A program made the position numbers and the translations under genes. The notes under the pieces were generated by a model. It searched no databases. It was not told the origin of the DNA and was given only the letters and a program-made list of their open reading frames with translations. Shown here piece after piece: positions 1 to 14,469 of a stretch of DNA of 64,000 nt (position 1 is the stretch's first letter; every line of letters begins with the position of its first letter). Source of the stretch: Eledone cirrhosa (lineage: Eukaryota); NCBI GenBank assembly GCA_964016885.1, contig OZ024740.1:127906001-127970000 (forward strand), read 5' to 3'.

Positions 1-3000
1 CTACAGCACCATCACTACAGTAATACGGTCACATCACCGCCACCACTGCCTCGCTATCGACATCACCACCACCACTGTCTCAGTATCGCTACCGCCGCCA
101 GTCTCCCACTTCTACTAGCTGGCTGCTGCCACCACATTATAGAATCCCTACTGCTAAAAAAGAGGAAGGCATCAAAATATATAGATAGACTCAAAAGAAA
201 AAAGAAAAAACAAACAACAAAACCAAAGCAGCACAGCAACAACAGCAAAAAACGAGAAAAACAAACAGAGAAAAACAAAAACAAAAAAAACCTCCAAAAA
301 ACGTAAAGAAAATAAGAATGAAGAGAGAAGCAGGCGGACGAACAGAGAAGAGGGGGAAAAACTAAAACTTAAAAAACAAAAACTAAGTCAGACATTCGAA
401 CACTACATTACAATGAAACTTATGCTTATTCATTTTTGGGGCCCTTTCTGCCTGTGTGTTTGTTTGTTTATGTGTGTTCGTATACAGCGTGGTGATAATG
501 CCACTCAAGGGCCAAGTGGAATGGCGGATCCACAGATGGCTATGTAACCATACATTCGCCAATCCTCGATAAGAGTGTTTAAATATCGAACATAAACAGT
601 TCGAATAACGGTGAAATGGAGACTAGAACGTCATGTGACAGAGTCTCACCCAACAGGTGCCCCCTGGCTCAGCAGCAGGAACCTGATTGTCAACCAAATA
701 CTGCTGATGTTGGAGGAAGGAGAAGAAGGAAAGGGGCCAGAACTAACTGGACGAAAGAATTGAATAGAACTGTTATGCAATGTTACCTGAAAAGTAACCC
801 CAAGGAGAGGGGCTACAGGAGACGGATGCATAACATCTGGAACGAGATTGGTTTATTTAAATTAGATGAACAAAAATTGGCCGGGCAGGCTCGGGTAATA
901 AGAACTAATGGGTGGATAAGCGAGCTGGAACTGGAGGAACTGAGCAGAGAGAATGGCTTGGAGATGGCGGGTGTAGTATGCCAGACAAGCGAGCCAGTGG
1001 GAAATGAAGGTGAAGAGGTCCTGAGAACGGAGGAACCACCCGAAGCAGACAATGATCTGAATACTGAGATAAATAATACCTGGAACAGAGATACGGCCAC
1101 TGAGGAGATGAATGCTGACGGGCTAGGACAAGATTCGGTGACATCCTAAATTTAGTGGTAGATGAATTGAACAATGATAGTGGGAGACCTATGAACCTAA
1201 GATTTGTAGACAGGAAAAAGTTAAAAGAAACAACAGCTAAGGTAAACAAAGTCATCCCATACCTTGAGGCGAGGAGCCTTCACCAGTGCAACAATATCCT
1301 CAAAGCAACAGCAAATACGGTGAGGAAACTACTCGGTATAAAAGCGAGAGGAAACAACAGACAAGAAAGAGCAGAGCCATGGTGGAAGAAGCGACTGAGT
1401 GGGCAAATCGGGGAAATGAGAAATGACATAGGAAAGCTTGAGTCACTACTGAATGGGACACTAAAAAACAAAGGCACTAAAAATAGACTGGAAATAAAAT
1501 ACAAAACTAGGAGAAAAAAGCTAAATATTATCATAGAGGAACTGAAGCAACGCATTGTAGCAAAGAGTGCAAAAATCAGGCGATACGAGAACAGAGTCAG
1601 TCAGTATAAACAGAACAGCATGTTCGACAACAACCAGAAGATGCTGTTTGGACAGCTTGAGGGGAAAGAAAGAGGCAACGACTTGATCCCTGGGGCGGAG
1701 CAAACTAAAACATTCTGGAGAGGAATATGGGAGCAGGATGTTAGACATAATGTCCAGGCAGAGTGGATTGAGACAGTACAGAGGGAGATCGGTGAGCAGG
1801 CACAGCAACAGACTGATTTGAGTATCACAGTTGAAACTCTTAAGGGGCAGGCCAAAAAACTAACCAACTGGAAATCACCAGGCCCAGATGGTGTGCAGGG
1901 GTATTGGATTAAACATTTAACATCCCTCCACCCGAAGCTGACGGCCATGTTCAATGACTGCTTGGTGTCGGGTGAGGTGCCAGAGTGGTTGACAAAAGGT
2001 ACCACCGTTCTGATAATGAAAGACCGAATTAAGGGTAATGATGTTAACCAACTATAGACCTATCACATGTCTGTCCGTAATGTGGAAATTGTTGACGAGC
2101 ATTGTGTCTGAGGAAATCTACCATCACCTCCACACAAACAAATTGTTACCGGACGAACAGAAAGGATGCCGAAAGAAGTCACGTGGTACAAAGGACCAGT
2201 TGCTTATTGATAAGATGGTAATGGGGAATTGCAGGAGGAGACACACTGATCTTGCCATGGGATGGATAGACTACAGAAAGGCATTTGACATGGTGCCTCA
2301 TTCTTTGATCACCAAAAGCCTGGAGATCTTCAGGGTGGCAGATAACATCAGACAGTTGCTGGGCAGGAGTATGGGGTCCTGGGAGACGGAGTTGACATCA
2401 ACTGGAGTATCCTTGGGAAGCGTGAAGATCAAGAGAGGTATCTTCCAGGGAGATAGCCTGTCCCCTCTGTTGTTTATCCTTGCCCTGATGCCCTTGACCA
2501 TCATGCTGCGAAAAGTGAGAGCAGGATACAAGTTGGGAAGGGGAGAGCTTACCATCAATCACCTCCTCTTCATGGACGATCTTAAGCTCTTCGGGAAAAG
2601 TGAGAAGGAGTTGGATGTGCTTGTTGACACTGTCCGTATTTTCAGCAGTGATATATGTATGCAGTTTGGTATTGGTAAATGTGGAGTCATTGTGATGAAG
2701 AGGGGTAGGTTGAGCAGAAGTAACAGGATCCAGATACCAACAGGTGAGATGATAAAGGAAATTGACTCTGAGGAAGGATACAAGTATTTGGGCGTTCTGG
2801 AGGCTGATGGCATAAAGAACAAACAAATGAAGGAATTGTTAAGAACTGAATACATTCGGGGAGTAAGGAGCGTATTGAAGTCACATCTGAACAGCAGAAA
2901 TGCCATAAGCGCAGTAAATTCCCGAGCTGTGTCTATTATTAGGTACAGTGCGGGAATTCTGAGATGGAATGTTGCTGAACAAAAAGAAATGGATAGGAAG

Positions 3001-4104
3001 ACTAGGAAGCTATTGACTATCTACAACATGTTCCACAAGAGGAGTGATGTCGATAGACTCTACCTAAGGAGATCTGAGGGTGGAAGAGGTCTTATCAGCA
3101 TAGAGGACTGTGTTCAGATGGAGAAAAACAACCTATACAAATACGTGACCTATAGTAAGGAGCCAATGCTCAGAGCTGTACTGAAGGAGGGGACAGTAGG
3201 CCAGGGGATGTCCAAGGAGGAAATAACATCAAGGAGGAAGAGCAGCCTTAAGGGAAAATCCCTTCATAGTACCTTCTTTGAGAAAACTGAATTTAGAGAT
3301 CCACAGACATGGAACTGGTTGAGAAGAGGAGACCTCAAAAAGGCTACAGAAGGAATGCTAATGGCTGCGCAGGAGCAGGCCCTCAAAACGAAGTGGTTGA
3401 AGCACCATATTTACAAGGAGGAGGCTAGCCCACTGTGCAGGATCTGTGGAGAGAGAGAGGAGACTGTGGCTCACATTGTGTCCGAGTGTAAACACCTAGC
3501 CCAGACCCACTATAAGGGCTGGAGACACGATGTGATGGGCAGGGTGATCCACTGGCACCTGTGCAAAGTAAACAATTTACCACATTCTGAGAAATGGTAT
3601 GAGCATAGGCCAGAGGCGGTGATGGGGAACAATCAGGTGAAGGTGCTGTGGGATTTTAGGATACAGACGGACAAAAAACTGGAACACAATAGACCTGACC
3701 TGGTGGTTGTGGACAAAGAAAAAAGATCGTGTCTGATTGTGGATGTGGCCTGCCCGTTCGACACGAGAGTGCAAGAGAAGGAGAGGGAGAAAATTAACCG
3801 ATACCAGGACCTAAAGTGGGAGGTGAAAAGGATTTGGAACTGCCATGAAGTCAAAGTGATCCCGATTGTCATAGGCGCACTGGGGACTATCTCCAAAAGT
3901 TTCCAGGGATGGTTAAAGAAAATCGGCCCCTTCACGCTTTTTGGAACGCTTCAAAAGGCATGCTTGCTTGGAACATCAAGAACCCTCCGATACGTCCTGA
4001 ATATCTGCAGGTAGTGGCTTGATATTCAATCCAATGGACTTTCCAGTTAACCAACATCAATGACTGAGATTCAAGGAATAACAACAATAATAATAATAAT
4101 AATA
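1..4104 (+). mobile_element. R4/Dong-like RLE non-LTR retrotransposon, family A copy 1 (5' UTR runs off window start)
   Basis: Split ORFs 616-1149, 1155-2057, 2038-4014 with RT motifs ([29 protein letters not shown]), CCHC finger [17 protein letters not shown] and RPD..D..K..Y RLE motif; short 3' UTR ending in (TAA)n. Confidence 0.9.
583..4014 (+). pseudogene. Frameshifted RT-RLE polyprotein of family A copy 1
   Basis: Frameshifts near 1140 and 2045; the ATG seen at 10694 in copy 2 is ATA at 583 here. Confidence 0.85.
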
Positions 4105-5693
4105 AGGAGTTTGGACTAGATAAATGCGCCAAAGCAACGTTCACGAGAGGAAAGCTGCTGAAAAGTTCAGACATTAATCTCGATCGAGGCAATGTGATAA
4201 GAGAACTTGATCAAGAGGAAACTTACAAATATCTAGGTGTTTGTGAAGGAGACGGAATAAAGCACTCGACAATGAGGGAAAGGATAAGGAAGGAATGTTA
4301 CCTCAGAGTAAGAGCAATCTTAAGAACGGAATTGAATGCAAGGAATAGGATCGATGCCATAAACACGCTTGCCATACCAGTAGTAACCTACAGTTACAAT
4401 GTCATCAACTGGTCAAGCACAGAGATCCAAAAATTCGAAAATAATTAACCATGCACAGAATACATCACCCTAAGGGAGTTACAGATAGAATATATCTCCC
4501 TAGGAAAGAAGGAGGACGTGGGTTATTCCAGTTAGACATTGCGTTGAAAACTGCAACAATTGGATTATTTACATATCTAAGGGAATCACATGATTGGATG
4601 ATCAAACTCGTTTTGAAACACGAAAGCATCAAAAGATCATACTCCATTACAAAAGATGCACAAAGATACAATAATGGACTACACATTTCAGAAGTTCCAT
4701 TACTGCTGAAATGGAAAACACAGAAAAAGCAAAGCAGGTAAAAGTAACTGCAAAGAAAGAACTGCTACAGAAACTGGCTAAGAAATGGCAAGAAAAGCCT
4801 CTGTATGGAAAATAGCCAGAACGAGCTAACAATCCTGATGTTGACAAAACTTTAACCCATCAGTGGTTGGCATTCTCTGGACTGAAATCGGAGACTGAAG
4901 GACTAATTATATCAGCACAAGATCAGTGTCTGCCAACAAAAAATTAACAAGCCAACATAATAAAAAACGGATACAGCCCATTATGCCGTGTATGTAAAAA
5001 ACAACCAGAGACCATTGACCATATAATTTCAATGTGCAGTCCTATAGCTCCAACCGAATACCTAAACAGGCATGACAGGGTTGCACAATACATACTTTGG
5101 ATAATGTGTAAGCATTTTGACCTGCCCCACCAAAAGAATTGTTGGGAGCATCAACCACCTCCCATACTTGAAAAAGATCACATCTCAATCTTGTGGAACT
5201 TTAGCATCCAAACAGACCGAAAAATAGATGCAAATAGACCTGATATAATACTGAAGAACTTTAAAAATAGGATATGCCTGCTAATTGATATGTCCGTTCA
5301 AATAGACAAGAATGTATCTATAAAAACATTTGAAAAATTGAGCAAGTATAAGGACCTGGAGATAGAAATTGGAAAAATGTGAAAATTGAGAACTAAAACA
5401 ATACCAGTGGTTGTAGGCGCTCTGGGAATGATACCTAAGGGGTCTAATGATTACTTATCGCAAATCCCAGGAAACCCGCGTATAGGAGAAATACAAAAGA
5501 TAGTACTAATGGGAACTGCCCATATACTAAGGAAGATTCTGTCAATATAAGCACATCACAATTCTAAACACCTAAAGATGCATGTGTGAATATGTATGTT
5601 CTTTCTTGAACATGGCGGACCGTGTTGTCTCTTGAGGTCACTGGTTGTGACTTGGTGATAACTCGTATGAACATAAAGAAAGATAAATGCAGC

Positions 5694-5741
<48 letters not shown>
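4105..5741 (+). mobile_element. R4/Dong-like family B copy 1, 5'-truncated and degenerate
   Basis: Matches ~28182-29800 of intact copy B3; stops and frameshifts; (TAA)n tail 5695-5741. Confidence 0.9.
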
Positions 5742-5742
<1 letters not shown>

Positions 5743-6222
5743 TTTTCTTTATTAACCACAAGGGTTTACATGAAGTTGACATTAAGGACAGTACAGGACA
5801 ATACAGGACGGTACAAATGGGCATTTCTGCGTGTAAAAAAAACAGAGGATGAAATAAAATAACAAAGAAAAATTCCCCAATAGGGGGGAGACTTCCGAGG
5901 GACATTTGTGGAGAAAGCCAATTAAAAGACCACAGTGGCCCTGACCACCAGGGCAAGTGCCCTCTCCCAGTTTTCCACCTTTAATTTACAGACACATACT
6001 CAGAGAAGGCCCATTCATTCGGGCCATATTTGCTTCTCTCACCCATCTTTCAACAAAATGCTGGGAAGAGAGCACTTCCCTCTCTACCCTGATTTTCCTT
6101 TTCAGATGAAATTTGAAAAAGTTAATCAGGGCATCACCGAAGAGGTAAGTGCTCGTCTTCAGCCCTTTCAAACGTGTCCACCATACTATCTCTTTCGCCA
6201 TGGCCACCAGACAGATAACAAC
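5742..6222 (-). mobile_element. L1/Tx1-like element, 3' end fragment
   Basis: Near-identical to 14222-14707; minus-strand AATAAA just before the (TTA)n; encodes the ORF2 C-terminus (AKEIVWWTRLKG). Confidence 0.85.
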
Positions 6223-9200
6223 TGAAAAGAAACATCCCGAAAACAGAGGCTATATTGACAGTAACAAACTAGCCAATATACGAAGAAATATTGTAAGAAA
6301 AAAGTTACTAACTGATATAGAAATTGATCAGATCAAGCTATTAGCACAAAGTCAGCGAAGGGAAAATGAAACATGTGTCAGTGAAAACGAGGTAAACTGT
6401 AACACTTCGAACCCCAGGGTTGGGGCGGAATCACTGGCAACAGAACAAATTAAAGAAAGGATCGAAAAAGTGGAGGGAGTGCATGCTCAGGATGAAACTC
6501 CAAATGAAAATAATGAGATCGTAAATGATAAAGAAATGAATGAGAATGAACTTGCCAACTTGAATGATGAAATTATGATTGAATGGATGAAAATGAAAGA
6601 ATCTGACATGGGGCAACGAGACACCCCCCCCCCCCCCCTAAGATCCAGAACTCCAAACAGAACCAAAAGATAATACACAAGACTAACATAATTCTCAAAA
6701 ACATTATCATCACAATCAAACTAAACATTACTGATTTAAATCATCTCTATTATGCATCGGCTAAAGTCACCACTCACTTATGTGGAGTGAAGATGAAAAA
6801 ACAAAGGAATTCCCACAAGAAATCTACTTGGCAAGAGAACACCAATCGCCAAATAAACCTTCTCCGATCTGACATAGAAATTTTAATAAACTATAAAGTA
6901 GGTGAACATGTTAAACAAACTAAACTTAGAAAATTGAAAAAAAAGTACCGTATAAAATCAACATGTGACATAGACATGCTGATAGAAATAATCAAGCAAA
7001 AAGTGTCGGCCAAAGCTGCTCGTATAAGGCGCTTTGAAAAACGATCTAGATTCTATAAGGACAATAATATGTTCAAAAACAACCAAAGAAACTTCTACAG
7101 AAAAATTGGTAAGTCAACAATAACTGCTAAATCAATACCACCCAAAGAAGAAGTGCAAGAATTCTGGGAAAAGATCTGGGCCGAAGAAAAAGTTCATAAC
7201 ATACATGCCCCATGGATAGACAGACAAATGAAAGATACAGCTCACCTTGAGGAACAAACATGGGAAAATATAACAGTTGAACAGTTGCGCTTGGCTCTAA
7301 GAAAAACCAGCAAATGGAAATCCCCAGGAAAAGACAAAATACAAAACTTTTGGATAAATGCCTTCACAGAGTCTCATGAGCTGTTAGCCCAACTTTACAA
7401 TGAAATAGTTAAGGAGCCAGAAAAGATACCACCATGGCTAGTTAACGGTATTACATTCCTGCTTCCGAAGAATGATGAGAAAAACAATCCCAAAAATTAC
7501 AGACCGATAACTTGCTTGACCACAATGTATAACATTTTATCATCAGTCCTAACTGAATATACATATGACCACCTGATAACAAATGACCTATTTCCCATTG
7601 AGCAGAAAGGGTGTAAACGAGGCTCATATGGCTGTAAGGATCAGCTTCTGGTTAACAAAATGATACTGGAAGATTGTCATAATAGACACAAAAATCTATC
7701 GATTGCTTGGATAGATTATAAAAAAGCATTCGATAGTTTGCCACACAGTTGGATTGAAAAATGTTTAGAGAGTTTCAAAGTATCCCCCGTTGTTAGGAGG
7801 TTTTTGTCATTCAGTATGAAGACATGGAAAACGACACTCCTTTTGAATATTGAAACAAAATCACTGGAAGCTGGAGAAGTTAATATTAATTGTGGAATTT
7901 TTCAGGGTGACTCTTTATCACCGCTTTTATTCTGCATCGCACTTATACCATTAAGTAAAATGCTCAATGAAACAAAACATGGATATAGAGTCTATGACAA
8001 AACCATTAATCACCTGTTCTACATGGATGACCTGAAACTATTTGCAAAAAATGATGAACAATTGCAAGGGCTATTATCCACTGTGAAGCAGTTCAGTGAT
8101 GACATTAAAATGGAGTTTGGACTAGATAAATGCGCCAAAGGAACGTTCACCAGAGGAAAGCTGCTGAAGAATTCAGACATTAATCTTGATCGGGGGAACG
8201 TGATAAGAGAACTTGATCGAGAAAAAACTTACAAATATCTAGGTGTTTGTGAAGGAGACGGAATCAAGCACTCGACAATGAGGGAAAGGATAAGGAAGGA
8301 ATGTTACAGCAGAGTCGGAGCAATCTTAAGAACTGAATTGAATGCAAGGAATAGGATCGATGCCATAAACACGCTTGCCATACCAGTAGTAACCTACAGT
8401 TACAATGTCATCAACTGGTCAAGCACAGAGATCCGTAGGCTCGATACAAAAATTCGAAAATTCTTAACCATGCACAGAATGCATCACACTAAGGCAGATA
8501 TAGATAGAATATATCTCCCTAGGAAAGAAGGAGGACGTGGGTTAATCCAGTTAGACATTGCGTTGAAAACTGCAACAATTGGATTATCTACATATCTAAG
8601 GGAATCACATGATTGGATGATCAAACTCGTTTTGAAACACGAAAGCATCAAAAGATCATATTCCATTACAAAAGATGCACAAAGATACAGTAATGGACTA
8701 CAAATTTCAGAACTCGCATTTACTGCTAAAATGGAAAACACAGAAAAAGCAAAGCAGGTAAAAGTAACTGCAAAGAAAGAAATGCAACAGAAACTGGCTA
8801 AGAAATGGCAAGAAAAGCCTCTGTATGGAAAATATCCAGAGCGAGCTAACAATCCTGATGTTGACAAAACTTTAACCCATCAGTGGTTGGCATCCTCTGG
8901 ACTGAAATCGGAGACTGAAGGACTGATTATATCGGCACAAGATCAGTGTCTGCCAACAAAAAATTAACAAGCCAACATAATAAAAAATGGGTGCAGCCCA
9001 TTATGCCGTATATGCAAAAAACAACCAGAGACCATTGACCATATAATTTCAATGTGCAGTCCTATAGCTCCAACCGAATACCTAAACAGGCATGACAGAG
9101 CTGCACAATACATACATTGGATAATGTGTAAGCATTTTGACCTGCCCCATCAAAAGAATTGGTGGGAGCATCAACCACCTCCCATACTTGAAAAAGATCA

Positions 9201-9772
9201 CATCTCCATCTTGTGGAACTTTAGCATACAAATAGACCGAAAAATAGATGCAAATAGACCTGATATAATATTGAAGGACTTTCAAAAGAGGGTATGCCTG
9301 CTAATTGATATGTCCGTTCCAATAGACAAGAATGTATCTATAAAAACATTTGAAAAATTGAGCAAGTATAAGGACCTGGAGATAGAAATTGGAAAAATGT
9401 GGAAATTGAGAACTAAAACAATACCAGTGGTTGTAGGCGCTCTGGGAATGATACCTAAGGGGTCTAATGACTACTTATCGCAAATCCCAGGAAACCCGCG
9501 TATAGGAGAAATACAAAAGATAGTACTAATGGGAACTGCCCATATACTAAGGAAGATTCTGTCAATATAAGTACATCACAAGTCTAAACACTAAAGATGC
9601 ATGTGTGAATATGCATGTTCTTTCTTGAACATGGCGGACCTTGTTGTCTCTTGAGGTCACTGGTTGTGACTTGGTGATAACTCGTATGAACATAAAGCAA
9701 GATAAATGCAACTGTAATAATAATAATAATAATAATATTAATGATGATGATAATAATAAGAATAAAAATAAT
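6219..9772 (+). mobile_element. R4/Dong-like family B copy 2, 5'-truncated
   Basis: ORF pieces 6149-6673, 6787-8967, 9052-9570 match B3; poly-C frameshift near 6630; nonsense at 8965; decayed (TAA)n tail. Confidence 0.9.
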
Positions 9773-9789
9773 GGGAAGAAAAGATGGGA

Positions 9790-12700
9790 AGAAAACGCAC
9801 ATGGTGGATATATATCGTTATGGAATCGCTCCCGTAAGTTTTTGATTTTTACTTATTTAAAACAACTGTGATAGAATAATTCTTATTACAAATGACGTAT
9901 AAGATTACATATTTGTTTACGCTCAGCAAGCCCCAACGCATCACTTTACGGCATAGGGACCCAATATTTAATATTTAATTTTGGATCAGAAATGTTATAG
10001 TCGAAAAAGAGGACAGTGGCAAAATGGCTAAATAATTACACCACGAACACCACCACCGCCACCATCACCACTACCACGCCAAATACTCTACTCAAGTTAC
10101 CTCAACTTCTATTTCTACTTCAACTTCAACACCATCATCACTACAGTACTACGATCACATCACCACCACCACTGCCTCCTTATCTCTACCGCCGCTATTC
10201 TCTCACACTACCTCCTGCTAAGTACTACTAGCACAGCACCACCACCTGCACGACCACTGCCTCATTATCGCTACCGCCGCTATTCTCTCCCACTACCTCC
10301 TGCTAAGACATGCATCGCAGTACCCCCACTAAAAGATATAAATAGACTGATTTGATGACCCGGTCAAAAAATCAAAAAGACAAAAATCAAAATCAAAACA
10401 CCACAGCAACAACGAAAATCGTAAAGAAAAGAAAAATGAAAAGAAAACAGACAGACAGAAAAGCAAGAAAAAAAAAATAAGTCAAACTAATTCAAACATT
10501 ACATTACAATGAAACTTATGCTTATTCTTTTTGTTTTTTTTGTTTACCTATTTGTTTGTTTGTTTATTTATGTTCGTCTACAGCGTGATAGTGCCACACT
10601 AATATCACCGGGGGTGATGAAATTACCAGAGGTGATGAAATCACCGGTGGTTATGTAAACATACATTCACCAATCGTCGATAAGAGTGTTTAAATGTCGA
10701 ACCTAAACAGTTCGAATAACGGTGAAGTGGAGACTGGAATGTCATGTGACAGACTCTCACCCAGCAGGTGCTCCCTGGCTCATCAGCAGGGACCTGGCTG
10801 TCAACCAAATACTGCTGGTGTCGGCGGAAGAGGAAGAAGGAAAGGGACCAGAACCAACTGGATAAAAAAATTGAATAGTCCTATTATGCAATGTTACCTG
10901 AAGAGTAACCCCAAGGAGAAAGGCAATAGGAAACGGATGCATAACATCTGGAACGGTATTGGTCTATTTAAATTAGATGAATAAAAATTGGCCGGGCAGG
11001 CTCGGGTAATAAGAACTAATGGGTGGATAAGCGAGCTGGAACTGGACGAACTGAGCAGAGAGATTAGGTTGGAAATGGAGAGTGGAGTATGCCAGGCAAA
11101 CGAGCCAGTGGGAAATGAAGGTGAAGAGGTTGAGAGAACGGAGGAACCATCCGAAGCAGACAATAATCTGAATGCTGAAAAAAATAATACCAGGAACAAA
11201 GATACGGCCATTGAGGAGATGAATGCTGACGGGCTAGAACAAGATTTGGTTGATATCCTAAACTTAGTGGTAGATGAATTGAACAATGATAGTGGAAAAC
11301 CTATGCACCTAAGATTTGTAGACAGGAAAAAGTTAAATAAAACAACAGCTAAGGTAAACAAAGTCATCCCATGCATTGAGGCGAGGAGCCTTCACAAGTG
11401 CACCAATATCCTCAAAGCAACAGCAAATGCGGTGAGGAAATTACTTGGCATAAAAGCGAGAGGAAACAACAAACAAGAAAGATCAGAACCTTGGTGAAAG
11501 AAACGAGTGAATTGTCAAATCAGGGAAATGAGAAATGTCATTAGAAAGTTTGAGTCCCTACTGAATGGGACACTAAAAAACATAGACACTAAAAATTTGA
11601 CTAGAAATAAAGTACTAAACTAGGAGGAAAAAGCTAAATATAATCATAAAGCAACTGAAGCAACACATTGTAGCAAAGATTGCAAAAATTAGGCGATACG
11701 AGGGCGGAGTCAGTCAGTATAGACAGAACCGCATGTTTGACAATAACCAGAAGGTGCTGTTTGGAAAGCTTGAAGGGAAAGAAAGAGACAACGACTTGAT
11801 CCCTGAGGCGGAACAAACTAAGACATTCTGGAGAGGAATATGGGACCAGGATGTTAAACATAATGACCAGGCAGTGTGGATTGAGACAGTACAGAAGGAG
11901 ATTAGTGAACAGGCACACCAACAAACTGATTTGAGTATCACAGTTGAAACTCTTAAGGAGCAGGCCAAAAAACTAACCAACTGGAAATCACCAGGCCCAG
12001 ATGGTGTGCAGGGGTATTGGATTAAAAATATAACATCCCTCCACCCGAAACTGACAGCCATGTTCAATGACTGTTTGATGTCAGATGAGGTACCAGAGTG
12101 ATTGACAAAAGGTACCACAGTTCTGGTAACGAAAGACCGAATCAAGGGTAATGATGTTACCAACTATAGACCTATCACACGTCTGTCCGTAATGTGGAAA
12201 CTGTTGACAAGCATTATGTCTGAGGAAATCTCCCATCACCTCCACACAATCAACATGTTACCGGACGAACAGATAGGATGCCGAAAGAAGTCGCGTGGTA
12301 CAAAGGACCAGTTACTTATTGATAAGATGGTAATGAGAAATTGCAAGAGAAGATACACTGGTCTTGCCATGGGATGGATAGAAAACAAAAAGGCATTTGA
12401 CATGGTGCGTCATTCTTGGATCACCAAAAGCCTAGAGATCTTCAAGGAAGCAGATAACACCGGACAGTTGTTGGGCAAAAGTATGAAGTCCTGGAAAACA
12501 GAGATAACATCAGTTGGAGAATCCTTGGGAGGCGTGAAGATCAAGAGAGGTATCTTCCAGGGAGATAGACTGTCCCCTCTGTTGTTTGTCCTTGCCCTGA
12601 TGCCCCTGACCATTATACTGCGAAAAGTGAGAGGAGGAAACAAGTTGGAAAAGGGAGAGCTTACCATCAATTACCTCCACTTCATGGACGATCTTAAGCT

Positions 12701-14221
12701 CTTCGGGAAGAGTGAGAAGGAGTTGGTTGTGCTTGTTGACACTGTCCGTATTTTCAGCAATGATATATGTATGCAATTTGGTATAGTGAGTGTGGAGTCC
12801 TTGTGATGACGATGGGTAAATTGAGCAGAAGCAACGGAATCCAGGTACGAACAGGTGAGAACATAAAGGAAATTGACACTGAAGAAGGATACAAGTATTT
12901 GGGTGTTCATCAAGAACAAAAAAATGAAAGAATTGATAAGATCTGAATATATTCGGAGAGTAAGGAGCGTATTAAAGTCACACCTGAACAGTAGGAATGC
13001 CATAAGTGCAGTAAATTCTCGAGCTGTGTCTATTATTAGGTACAGTGCGGGAATTCTGAGATGGAATATTGCTGAACAAAAAGAAATGGATACGAAGACT
13101 AGGAAGCCATTGACTAGCTACAACATGTTCCACAATAGGAGTGATGTCGATAGACTATACTTAAGGAGATCTGAACGTCGAAGAGGTCTTATCAGCATAG
13201 AGGACTGTGTTCAGATGGAGAAAAATAACCTACACAAATACGTGACTGATAGTAAGGAGCCAAGGCTCAGAATTGTACTGAAGGAGATGACAATAGACCA
13301 GGGGATGTTCAAGGAGGAAATAACAAGGAGAAGGAGCAGCCTTCATGAAAAAATACCTTCATAGTACCTTCTTTGAGAAAACTGAATTCAGAGATTCACA
13401 GACATGGAACTGGTTGAAAAGAGGAGACCTTAAAAGGCTACAGAAGGAATGCTAATGGCTGCGCAAGAGCAGGCCCTCAAAACGAAGTGGTTGAAACACC
13501 ATATTTACAAGGAGGAGGCTAGCCCACTGTGCTAGATCTGTGGAGAGAGAGGGGAGACTGTGGCTCACATTGTATCCGAGTGTAAACACCTAGCCCAGAC
13601 TCACTATAAGGGCTGTAGACATGATGTAATGGACAGGGTGATCCACTTGCATCTATGCAAAGTAAACAATTTACCACATTCTGAGAAGTGGTATGAGCAT
13701 AAGCCAGAGTCTGTGATAGAAAATGATCAGGTGAAGGTGCTGTGGGATTTTAGGATACAGACGGACAAGAAACTGGAACACAATAGACCTGACCTGGTGT
13801 TTTGGACAAGGAAAAAAATATCGTGCCTGATTGTGTATGCGGCCTGCCCATTCGACGCGAGAATGTAAGAGAAGGAGAGGGAGAAAATTAACCGATACCA
13901 GGACTTAAAGTGGGAGGTAAAAAGGATTTGGAACTGTCATGAAGTCAAAGTGGTTCCGATTGTCATAGGCGCTCTAGGTACTATCTCAAAAAGTTTCCAG
14001 GGATGGTTAAAAAAAATTGGCCACGCCACGCTCTTTGGAACGCTTCAAAAGGCATGGTTGCTGGGAACAGCAAGAACACTCCGATACGTCCTGAATATCT
14101 GAGGCTGCAGGTAGTGGCTTGATATTCATTTCAACAAACTTTCCAGTTAACTAACATCAATGACTGAGACTCAAAGAATAATAATGGTGATGATAATAAT
14201 AATAGTAATAATAATAATAAT
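9790..14221 (+). mobile_element. R4/Dong-like family A copy 2, full-length but older and degenerate
   Basis: ORF remnants 10694-~14100 homologous to copy 1 with many stops; ~900 nt 5' UTR; decayed (TAA)n tail 14177-14221. Confidence 0.88.
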
Positions 14222-14469
14222 GCTTTCTTTATTAACAACAAGGGTTTACATAAAGGAGACATTAAGGACAGTACAGGACAATACAGGACGGTTCAAATGG
14301 GCATTTCTGCGTGCAAAAAAATCAGAGGATGTAATAAAAAACATAACAATGAAAAATTCCACAATAGGGGCGAGACTTCCGAGGTACAGTTGTGGAGAAA
14401 GCCAATTAAAAGGCCATAGTGACCCTGACCACCAGGGCAAGTGCCCTCTCCCAGTTTTCCACCTTTAAT

